NCBI GenBank assembly: GCA_963701855.1
Contig: CAVPBK010000004.1
Span: 96,001 to 160,000 of the forward strand
Direction: 5' to 3'
Origin: Nitrospirota bacterium
GTDB taxonomy: Bacteria; Nitrospirota; Nitrospiria; Nitrospirales; Nitrospiraceae
Length of the DNA: 64,000 nucleotides
The translations under genes and the position numbers were made by a program. The notes below the pieces were generated by a model, which had not been told where the DNA came from, did not search any database, and saw only the letters and a program-made list of their open reading frames with translations. Below are positions 33,306-46,541 of this stretch, piece by piece. Each line of letters begins with the position of its first letter. The first letter of the stretch is position 1.

Positions 33306-33494
33306 CTCTTACCCTTTTCAACCGTTTTGTCTCAAGCTATTGGAATGCTGGGTCTATTGGGGGATATCTTGAGGAGTAAATGAGGAGGACGGAGGCTTAT
33401 CCCATGATGGATCACGGCTAGTCGCGGGTCTATCTCATGATTGATCGAGGGTTGCCCCTTCTTCTGAATTCTGTGGGAAGGATATTCTGAATCT

Positions 33495-35058
33495 TCAGCT
33501 AGACTGCGGTCGAGTCATCCCAAACTGCTTCATCCGGCTGCGCAGGGTGCCGGGATTTAGCCCCAAACGTATCAGCCGCTCCATTGGGACCTTCGATGCG
33601 CCAATTCGTCAGTGTGAGAGTCTGCAGAATATGCTGGCGTTCGAGTTCTTTGAGGTCGGCTGATAGCGGCGCTGTGAAGGATGAGTCCTGCGAACCTAAG
33701 ACATGTTCGTCGATTCGCAATACCGGCTCACGAGAGAGAATCATCGCTCGTTCAATCACATTTTCCAGCTCACGGACGTTGCCAGGCCAGGTGTAGCGAA
33801 TCAACCGTTCTAGAGATTCCTGGTCGATATCCTTGCACGAACGTCCGAGTTTCACGCAATATTGTTTCAGGAAATGTCGAGCCAATATGGGGATATCCTC
33901 CGGGCGATTCCTAAGTGGAGGCACGGCGATTGGAAAGATATTCAGACGATAAAATAGATCGGCGCGGAACGTACCGTCTTTGACGGCGGCAGGCAAGTTG
34001 CGATTGGTGGCGGCTATCACACGAACATCTACACGAATGGGCTGTTTCCCACCCAGACGATCAATCAGGCCATCTTGCAAGACTCGTAACAACTTGGCCT
34101 GTGTCTCCAAAGGCATTTCACCAATTTCATCCAAGAAGAGGGTTCCACCATGGGCCAGCTCAAATCGGCCTTCGCGTGCGCGGTCAGCCCCGGTGAACGC
34201 GCCTCGTTCATGGCCAAACAATTCACTTTCGACCAACCCGGCCGGAAAGGCGGCACAATTGACACAAACCATGGGTTTCGAGTGCCGCGGGCTCCAATCA
34301 TGGATCGCCTGAGCAATCAGTTCCTTGCCAGTTCCTGTTTCACCCGTAATGAACACGGTCGATGGGGTGGGCGCCACGTCGCGTGCAAGACCTATCACAT
34401 GCCGAAAGGCAAGGCTCTTCCCCACCAACGAGCCTATGTCCTTCGTGAGCTTCAGTTCTTCGGTGAGGTAGACGTTTTCCTTGGCAAGCTGGTCTCGCAA
34501 TCGATCGATCTGTTCGTATGCTTGGACATGATCGATCGCATAAGCGATCTGCATCGCCACTTGCGTCAAAAACTCAAGATCCCCTGGATCAGGAGCGCCC
34601 GACTCGATACTGCCGATATTCAGAATGCCTATACATCTGTCTCTCACGAGAAGAGGCAGATTGATCATTCGTCCGAGGCCTTCTTGGACATACCATTCGT
34701 CTTCGAGGAAGACTTGATCCCGCTTCAAGTCAGGACGGATGTGTACAGTTTTATGATCGTAAACCCAACCCATGCCGCTTCCAACATGTGGAACAATGGC
34801 ATTGCGTTGTAGCACCACCTGCGCCATCGTCGTTGCCATGACATAAAACATGAACCCGTCGGCCTCACGATCGTACTGTGTGACAGACGCCCGTGCCCAT
34901 GGAATGACCTTAGTAATCTCGGCGGTAATCGCCTCCCAGAGGCTGTGCATATCACGTTGCGAATTGAGCACAACAGCGACAGCCAAGAGGGCTCGATAGT
35001 TTATTTCAATCCGGTCCATAGGCTTGTCAATATTCTCTGATCGAACAAATTCAATCAC
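33495..35058 (-). CDS. GAF-domain sigma54-dependent enhancer-binding protein (FhlA/HyfR-like); 1-nt frameshift in the HTH at ~33570
   Basis: GETGTGKE, GAFTGA, FLDEIGE, WPGNVRELEN. The shifted frame restores HTH 'RLGLNPGTLRSRMKQFG'. Confidence 0.92.
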
Positions 35059-35213
35059 AGCGCCTGTCCTGATGTCTATGCCGTCATTTGCGAAAGCTCA
35101 ATCACCCATTACCGTCCCTAATTTGCTTGTTCGATACCATATTCGAACAAGCAAATCAGGAGAGAGAAATGATCTTGCAATCCAACACCAAGAGTTTCAC
35201 GGAACGGAGGTCG

Positions 35214-35654
35214 TTACTCAATCCAGATCAGATTGAGAGCAAGCGATTCTGCGGCATCCCGCTGTCTGACATCGGCGGTGACGAAGGGAATGGTTAGGCC
35301 TGAGGCAGCTTGGAATGTGAGTGCCGATGCGACATGCAAGGCATCAAGGGTTCTGAGCCCTATTCTCTGGACTAGCTCTTCGGCTTGGCTCAGCACGATC
35401 GGCCCCACTTCGACCAGCTCCCAGTAATCCCTGTCTTTGTGAAGTCTCGACCGGATGGCTAGAAAATCCCGCTGGGTTATCTCGCCGGTTGTCCGTCTGC
35501 GGCTGAGTGCGGATAGGGCTTCGACCGGAGCCAGGGCAGAAGTAAGAAACTGGTACCGTTGGAGTAGTTTTCTCGACGCAGATGACCCAGCCTCTTTCAC
35601 GTATCGTTTCACTAATACGCTGGTGTCGAAATAGGCCCAGCGGGCCGCCGTCAA
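35214..35654 (-). CDS. vapC: VapC PIN-domain toxin
   Basis: YFDTSVLVKRYV.E.GS, LRTLDALHVASA, FVTAD.RQ. Confidence 0.9.
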   Translation of the reverse strand: MTAARWAYFDTSVLVKRYVKEAGSSASRKLLQRYQFLTSALAPVEALSALSRRRTTGEITQRDFLAIRSRLHKDRDYWELVEVGPIVLSQAEELVQRIGLRTLDALHVASALTFQAASGLTIPFVTADVRQRDAAESLALNLIWIE

Positions 35655-35929
35655 CGGTCGCCCCTTTCCTCACAAACCGTCTGAGAGACCGGCATGCCAC
35701 GCACCGATCGAGGCCCCCACGAAGGGAGGGCGCCGCGCCTGGCTGCGGGACGCAAGAACCCAGCGGTTTCGAGTCTCTGAATGATGGATTCCGTCTCGTC
35801 GCCGCCACGAATGGGTTTCACCACAGCCAGCGGTCTTCCCCGCTCTGTCAACAATACTTCCTTCCCTCCTCGGACCGCCTTCATGAGCCGAGAGAACTGC
35901 TGGTTGGCTTCACGTAAACCGATCTGCAT
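35651..35929 (-). CDS. Phd/YefM-family antitoxin
   Basis: IGLREANQQFSRLM..V..G.EVLLTERGRPLAVV.P; overlaps the toxin start. Confidence 0.9.
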   Translation of the reverse strand: MQIGLREANQQFSRLMKAVRGGKEVLLTERGRPLAVVKPIRGGDETESIIQRLETAGFLRPAARRGALPSWGPRSVRGMPVSQTVCEERGDR

Positions 35930-35947
35930 AGACCCACCTCCTAGAAT

Positions 35948-35991
35948 GTAGTGACATCACTACTATAAATCCACCGCGGAGGCTCTGTCAA
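35948..35991 (-). promoter_or_regulatory. TA promoter (TTGACA-N18-TATAGT) with operator palindrome GTAGTGAcaTCACTAC
   Basis: The palindrome at 35948-35963 overlaps the -10/TSS region upstream of the antitoxin. Confidence 0.65.
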
Positions 35992-36055
35992 ATTCTCATT
36001 CGTCAGGAAGAGCCCCGAGTGCTAACCTGGAGGGATTTCACAAGCGAGAAATACA

Positions 36056-36093
36056 ACGGCGTCCGTCTCCTAATTATGGAAGACAGACGCCGT
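36056..36093 (-). terminator. Probable terminator downstream of glnA
   Basis: Imperfect stem acggcgtc.gtct.cc / gg.agac.gacgccgt with a T-rich tail on the minus strand. Confidence 0.5.
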
Positions 36094-36199
36094 ATTCTCA
36101 TTTACCTATGTCGAGAACCTTACTGAGTCGGGGGAGGCGCAGAACAGACGAGAAACGCGCTTTTCCGAGCCAGTCTCGTCCTTCTCGATTGAGCGAAAT

Positions 36200-37610
36200 C
36201 TACACATCGTAATAGAGGACATACTCGTACGGATGCGGCCGCAACCGCATAGGATCGACTTCCTTTTTGCGTTTGTAGCTGATCCAGGCTTCAATCAGGT
36301 CCTTACTGAAGACCCCGCCCTTGAGCAGAAACTGGTGGTCCTGTTCGAGGTTGCTCAATGCTTCGTCGAGGCTACCCGGCATCGTGCGAATCGCCGCCGC
36401 TTCCTCCGGCTCGAGATCGTACAGATCCTTTTCAGCCGGCTCACCTGGATTGATCTTGTTCTCGATCCCGTCCAACCCTGCCATGAGCATGGCGGAAAAT
36501 GCGAGGTACGGGTTCGCGGTCGGGTCGGGAAAGCGCACCTCGATCCGTTTGGCTTTCGGGCTTGGTGAGTACATGGGAATCCGGACGCCTGCCGACCGAT
36601 TCCTGCTGGAATAGGCCAGCAGGACCGGCGCCTCGATACCCGGGTGTGAGCCGCTTGTAGGAATTTGTCGTCGGATTCGTAAACGCCGCCAGCGCCGGAG
36701 CATGTTTCAGGATGCCTCCGATATAGTAGAGACAGAGTTGCGAGATGCCGGCATATTCCTTCCCCGCAAATAGGGGCTTCCCATCTTTCCAGATGCTTTG
36801 ATGCGTATGCATGCCGGTCCCGTTGTCCCCAAAGATCGGCTTGGGCATGAAGGTCGCAGTTTTGCCATGGCGGCGGGCCACGTTCTTGACGATGTACTTG
36901 TACATCATCAATTGATCTGCTGTTTTGACCAGCGACCCAAATCGGATATCGATTTCCGCCTGGCCTGCCGTCGCCGTCTCGTGGTGATGTTTCTCAACGG
37001 AAATCCCGACCTTTTGCATCTCCAGGACCATCTCGCTGCGGATATCCTGTTGCGTATCGGTTGGCGGGACCGGAAAGTAGCCTTCCTTGTGACGGATTTT
37101 CCCGCCCAAGTTGTGGCCTTCCTGCCCGATGTTCCAAGCGCCTTCTTCGGAATCGATGAAGTAGTAGCCGCTGTGGCCCGTCTGATCGTACCGGACATGA
37201 TCGAAGATGAAGAACTCCGCCTCCGGACCCCAGTAGGAAGTATCGCCGATCTTCGTGCTCTGGAGATATTTTTCCGCCTTCTGCGCCACAAACCGCGAAT
37301 CACGATCATAGGGCTCTCGCGTAATCGGATCGACAATGTTACCGACGAGGCTCAGTGTCGGAACCGCACAGAACGGATCGAGACAGACCGCGGACGAATC
37401 GGGGATCATCAGCAGATCGCTGTCGTTGATGGCTTTCCAGCCCCGGATTGATGAACCGTCCAACCCGGACCCATCCTTGAACAGCCCTTCAGTCAGCTCT
37501 TCCACGGGAATCGAGAAGTGCTGCCAGGTGCCGATCAGGTCCACAAACTTCAAGTCCACCATCTGGACTTTATGCTTCTTCGCAAACTCCAATACCTCGC
37601 GGGGATTCAT
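36200..37610 (-). CDS. glnA: Type I glutamine synthetase (apparent 1-nt frameshift at ~36635)
   Basis: [50 protein letters not shown], adenylylation site DLYDL. Confidence 0.97.
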
Positions 37611-37634
37611 TCCGATCCTCCTTATAAACCCAAT

Positions 37635-42201
<4,567 letters not shown>

Positions 42202-42434
42202 ATTTGCATCCTTTCATCCCTTGGTTCAGGACGAGGTTGACTATACGTTCGTTGAATTGTTCTAAGCGGCCCCCCTGGTTGACTCACGCTCCCTCTTCGT
42301 CGGGTTAGGGCTGTGGCGCGCGCTGGCTCAGCCCCTCATAGTTTTGTTGTGCCAAAAATTATCGCTTTCAATCCCGTCATGGTCTACCGACTGCGCATCG
42401 GCGCGGCACAGTTGCTGGCTCATTTCGTGACGGA

Positions 42435-42462
42435 TCCCTTCGTGGACTAGTCCACGAAGGGA
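42435..42462. other. Perfect 28-bp palindrome between the porin gene and amtB
   Basis: TCCCTTCGTGGACT|AGTCCACGAAGGGA. Confidence 0.8.
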
Positions 42463-42502
42463 CCGGCATATCACAATTCAACTGACTTCCGTCTCACTAC
42501 AC

Positions 42503-43888
42503 TTAGAACATATACGCGACTGAGAATCCCAGGGTGTTTTGAAAGTTCGCTGCTTGAGTGCCCTTCAGGTAGACATTATGATCTGCATGGTCATATCGAT
42601 ACTCGACCCTTGTCTGCAAGGCTGGAGCCGGCTTCCACTGGAGTGTAAAGGTCGTCTCCCAAGCGGTCAGGCCGTTCCCATTCACAAAAGGGTTGTTAGT
42701 GATAGTGGGTAAGGTATTTTGCGTGACAGTGTTGCCGGAAACAAAATTCTGACCCACACCATTACCGGCGCAGGTATTGGTGTTGCCAACTGTGTTAAAA
42801 CCTCCACCGCAGGCACGGGATCCACCGGCATCCTCCCAGATTTCTCCACGAGCCCTGAAACTGAAGGCATTGGGCTTCGTCTGATCATTAAAGTCATGGA
42901 TCAAATAGGCGACAAATCCGTTCCAGCGGCCATTACCGGAAGGATTACTCGGTGTGCCACCAGGACCGACGAGTGGGCTCGCATGACTTTCATTCCCGTA
43001 ATAGGGCTCCAAGATGAGGGTGGTGGTGTCGACAGGCTTGATCGTGATGATCGCGCCAGTCACCACCCGCTTGGCGGTAGGATCGCACCCTGCGGTGCCG
43101 CTCTGACAGATTCCGACCCCTGCAACTGTTCCATTATTATTTCCATTACCCTGTTCCGGTCCATAAGACCCGAAGAAACTGATGCCGAACTTTTCATGCG
43201 GCGTCAAGGCCACGAGGTATTCGAACGATTTGCCCCTGTTGTTGTCTTCGACGTTGTCCCACCCGTTGATCAATCCGATGGACGCCGTCGCCCACTTCGC
43301 AAACGGGTAGGTAAACCGGATACCGGTGGTCGTGAAGGCTTGGCTCAGACCGAACATCATGGTGCGTGAAAAGTTGGGATTCTCCCATGCGTTGATCACT
43401 TCATACCCGATCAAGGTGTTGATCTTTCCTGCTTGAATCTTCAAGCCGTTGCCGATCGGGGCGATGTACTCTGCATACATCTCCTGCGTATCCAGTTCGG
43501 TATTGTCATTACCTGGTTGGAAATTTGTGCGAGCACGCGAGAACCTGGCATCGGTTCCAAAATTGATCCGCGCCCGAAAGCCCACCCGATCCATGCCGCT
43601 GCCTGAGGCATTGGCCGGCCGTTCAAATACAAGCTGCGTCAAATTCGCCATGAATGAATTGGCCGCTGTGTCGAAAATACGCAGTTGATTAATGTTATTG
43701 TACGGATTATTGAAATTCTGTGTATAGGATGTCAGCACGGTCCCGGAGATCTGAAAACCCATCTTATCCCAGAGGGCTTTGGCATCATCCGTAGTGGCCA
43801 CTTGGGCAAATACCGAGTGGCTGCCAAGCAGTGAGACAAGCGCGCACATGCTTATCCCTATTCCGATACGTTTACTTGCTGACTTCAT
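42503..43888 (-). CDS. Putative outer-membrane beta-barrel porin (BBP2/DUF1597-like)
   Basis: Signal peptide; 'GKINTLIGYEVI....N.NFSR', 'NGWD', 'RVEYRYD'; C-terminal Phe; RBS GAGGAGG. Confidence 0.8.
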   Translation of the reverse strand: MKSASKRIGIGISMCALVSLLGSHSVFAQVATTDDAKALWDKMGFQISGTVLTSYTQNFNNPYNNINQLRIFDTAANSFMANLTQLVFERPANASGSGMDRVGFRARINFGTDARFSRARTNFQPGNDNTELDTQEMYAEYIAPIGNGLKIQAGKINTLIGYEVINAWENPNFSRTMMFGLSQAFTTTGIRFTYPFAKWATASIGLINGWDNVEDNNRGKSFEYLVALTPHEKFGISFFGSYGPEQGNGNNNGTVAGVGICQSGTAGCDPTAKRVVTGAIITIKPVDTTTLILEPYYGNESHASPLVGPGGTPSNPSGNGRWNGFVAYLIHDFNDQTKPNAFSFRARGEIWEDAGGSRACGGGFNTVGNTNTCAGNGVGQNFVSGNTVTQNTLPTITNNPFVNGNGLTAWETTFTLQWKPAPALQTRVEYRYDHADHNVYLKGTQAANFQNTLGFSVAYMF

Positions 43889-43942
43889 GCGATCCTCCTC
43901 ATCCAATTTGGTGATTCGGTTACTTCCTTACTTCTCCTACCT

Positions 43943-43976
43943 CAACGTCATTGTCGCCACGCACGCCATTGTGCGT
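43943..43976 (-). promoter_or_regulatory. ANTAR-type dual hairpin, site 2
   Basis: Transcript ACGCAC-AAUGGC-GUGCGU then CGAC-AAUGAC-GUUG; hexaloops with A1/G4. Confidence 0.75.
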
Positions 43977-44161
43977 AACCGCCGGCCCCTACCAGTCCAC
44001 TCGGCTCTTACTTGCGCATCGATTCCCACCATCCTATGGACGCATACCACTACTCAGCAGCCATTCTTCCACAAAGGGTGTTTCTCGCCAATGAATGGTT
44101 GCTTTTCGGCTTTTCCCACCATTTGGTTCATCAACCATCGTGGTTCGTCAGGCCGAATGTG

Positions 44162-44256
44162 AATAAAATAAAACGTCCTCTAGCCCCACTGGGGCTGGAG
44201 GACGCCATTGTCCATTCCGAACTATATCTAGGCCGGTGGGAAACGCCGTTGTTCCC
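44162..44256 (-). promoter_or_regulatory. ANTAR-type dual hairpin overlapping an intrinsic terminator (attenuator), site 1
   Basis: GGGAAC-AACGGC-GUUUCCC, then GGAC-AAUGGC-GUCC whose 3' arm overlaps terminator stem CGUCCUC..GAGGACG followed by UUUUAUUUUAUU. Confidence 0.85.
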
Positions 44257-44303
44257 CTATGATCTACACAGGCCACACTTTGTGAGCCCTTAAACTCCGC
44301 GCC

Positions 44304-44332
44304 CTTATACCTGTCTCAGGAAAATCTGTCAA
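44304..44332 (-). promoter_or_regulatory. Sigma70 promoter of the porin-amtB-glnK-glnD-glnA operon
   Basis: TTGACA-N17-TATAAG directly upstream of the attenuator. Confidence 0.75.
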
Positions 44333-44479
44333 TGCTTATCTCGGACTACAGGCCGAAGGCTGAAGGTTGCAAACGTGGGAGCAACATTCCGGAGGCTGAA
44401 AGCTTCGGCCTTGCGACTTCCTTTGGCCTTCAGCCTATCTCGCCTTTCCCGCTCGATCTGTGCTAGATTTCCTCTACCT

Positions 44480-45514
44480 ATGGCTCTTTCACCTCAGCCT
44501 TCGCTCTTCCCAGCGGCTGCCCCGCGTTTCACGTTTCACGCTTTACGGTTCACGATTCCTCTGAACAGCATCCTGCTGGCCCTGCTCTGTGTAGTCGGCA
44601 CCGCCTGCGGCACGACCGCCCCGACCGGCAAAATCCTCTTTGAGGATCCTCGCGGATCCGTGTCCCTCCAGAAGATTTCCGACCCGTCGATTCAGGCCAA
44701 CCATCCGATCAGTCTGGAGCCGGCCCTACTGGCCCAGCTATTGACAGGCATACAGCTTCATGATGAAGGTCTTGGAGAACACCATGTCCGGGGCATTCAG
44801 ACTTTAATTGAAGGAAAAGCAGCTCTTACCTATCCCCTCTTTTCGGAAGACCAGGTCCAGTTCCTCGCTCCATTGATAGCAGAGGCATTACGTACGGCAA
44901 CCATTAATCAGTCTGTCGAGTTTCGTGTTGTGACAACGATAGAAGGTTCGAATAGATTTCAATCGCCGACCACGGAAACGACCACCGGTTCTCTCTATGC
45001 TTATGGGCGGCAGTTGTACGTCATCCTGACTCAATATAACTACAACCCGATGTTGGCGAACCTGGCCTTTGCCGAGCAAAGCCACCGATCACAGGACCCA
45101 CTCGATTATTCAGGCCTCAAGCATCGTACGCTGCGGTTCACTCCGAAAGCCGCGCTCCGGGCTGATAGTCCTGATCCGCCGACGATGGGAAAACCGACCG
45201 ACAGGTTTCTTGCCGTCGATTATCAACTGCTGCAACAGGCCTGGCGAAATCTCGAAGCCAAAAGGCAAGCTGCGCCTCAGGCGGAAGGCGAGGCGCTAGA
45301 AGCCGCTCGCGCAGCCGAAGCCCAGGCCCGGGCGGCCGAAGCTCAGGCTCGCACAGCCGAAGCCCAGGCCCGTAATACAGCCGAGGCCCAGGCTCGCGCA
45401 ACCGAATCCCAGGCTCGTAATACAGAGGCCCTGACCCAGGAGGTGGAGATCCTCAAGAGGCAATTGGAATCCATTCAAAAACAACTCGGCAACCAGAATC
45501 AGCAGAAAAAATGA
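44480..45514 (+). CDS. Putative lipoprotein with a C-terminal AEAQAR coiled-coil repeat
   Basis: Lipobox-like VGTAC; close paralog of 45625..46473; about 6 AEAQAR units. Confidence 0.75.
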   Translation: MALSPQPSLFPAAAPRFTFHALRFTIPLNSILLALLCVVGTACGTTAPTGKILFEDPRGSVSLQKISDPSIQANHPISLEPALLAQLLTGIQLHDEGLGEHHVRGIQTLIEGKAALTYPLFSEDQVQFLAPLIAEALRTATINQSVEFRVVTTIEGSNRFQSPTTETTTGSLYAYGRQLYVILTQYNYNPMLANLAFAEQSHRSQDPLDYSGLKHRTLRFTPKAALRADSPDPPTMGKPTDRFLAVDYQLLQQAWRNLEAKRQAAPQAEGEALEAARAAEAQARAAEAQARTAEAQARNTAEAQARATESQARNTEALTQEVEILKRQLESIQKQLGNQNQQKK

Positions 45515-45624
45515 AAGCTGCGGGCCCAGGCTGAAGGAGTTTAGGCTGAAGGTTTTGAAACGTCAGACTCCGGCCTTCAGTCTATCGACCTTCAGCCTGA
45601 ACCCTGTTAAATTCACTCCCACCG

Positions 45625-46473
45625 ATGACTCCTTCACCAAAGTATCAGGCAGGGAAACTGTCCTACAGTCGTGTGCTTCTGCCGGCCCTGCTCTGTGTAG
45701 CCGGCACCGCCTGCAGCATGACCGCCCCGACCGGAACAATCCTCTTTGAGGACGCTCGTGGATCCGTGTCGCTGCAGACGATTGCTGACCCATTGATTCA
45801 GGCCAGTCATCCGATCAATCTGGAACCAGCCCTTCTCGCCCAGCTATTGACAGGCTTAGAGATTCATGAAAAAGGGATTGGGCCCCATCGTCTTATTGTC
45901 GAGGGCTTTGCAGGACAGCCATCTACCTACCCTCTCTTCTCGAAAGATCAGATCCAGTTCCTCGCTCCACTGCTTGCGGAGGGCTTGCGTACGGCAACCG
46001 CCAATCAGTCTATCGAGTATCGTGTGGTGACGACGCAGGAAGGTTCGAATAGATTTCAATCACCGACCACGGAAACAACCGCCGGGTCTCTCTATGCCCA
46101 TGGCCGACAGCTGTACGTGATCCTCTCTCAATATCGCTACAACCCGATGCGGACGAACCTGAACATGGGCGATATCACTTACCGATCACAGGAACCACTC
46201 GATTATTCAGGCCTCAGGTACCGTACGCTGTGGTTCACTCCGAAAGCCGCGCTCCGAACCGATAGCCCGAATCCGCCGACCAAGGAAAAGTCGACCGACA
46301 GGTTTGTTGCCATCGAGTATCAGCTACTGGACCACGCGTCGCTAGAAGCAGCTCGTGCGGCCGAAGCCCGGGCTCGCTCCACAGAGGCCTTGGCTCAGGA
46401 GGTGGAAGCCCTCAAGCAGGAACTGGAATCCATGAAAAAACAACTCGGCAGCCAGAATCAGCAGCAAAAATGA
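45625..46473 (+). CDS. Putative lipoprotein (tandem paralog)
   Basis: AGTAC lipobox; shares HPI.LEPALLAQLLTG, QFLAPL.AE.LRTA, GSNRFQSPTTETT.GSLYA with the upstream gene. Confidence 0.8.
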   Translation: MTPSPKYQAGKLSYSRVLLPALLCVAGTACSMTAPTGTILFEDARGSVSLQTIADPLIQASHPINLEPALLAQLLTGLEIHEKGIGPHRLIVEGFAGQPSTYPLFSKDQIQFLAPLLAEGLRTATANQSIEYRVVTTQEGSNRFQSPTTETTAGSLYAHGRQLYVILSQYRYNPMRTNLNMGDITYRSQEPLDYSGLRYRTLWFTPKAALRTDSPNPPTKEKSTDRFVAIEYQLLDHASLEAARAAEARARSTEALAQEVEALKQELESMKKQLGSQNQQQK

Positions 46474-46541
46474 AGGCTGAGATCCGGGGCTGAATGGGGT
46501 AAGGCCGAAGGTCGGAGTCTGGCTTTTCGAAACCTTCAGGC

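Noticed and set aside
36012..36025. GAGTGCTAA, a CIRCE half-site
   Set aside because: The left arm TTAGCACTC is absent and it is not upstream of a chaperone gene. No CIRCE was seen upstream of groES either.
36053..36062. ACAACGGCGT ANTAR-like loop on the plus strand
   Set aside because: Single copy with only a 2-3-bp stem, on the wrong strand for neighbouring genes; better explained as one arm of the glnA terminator.
45300..45432. Regular 21-24-nt repeats suggestive of a CRISPR array
   Set aside because: In-frame coding repeats (AEAQAR) without unique spacers; no cas genes in the window.
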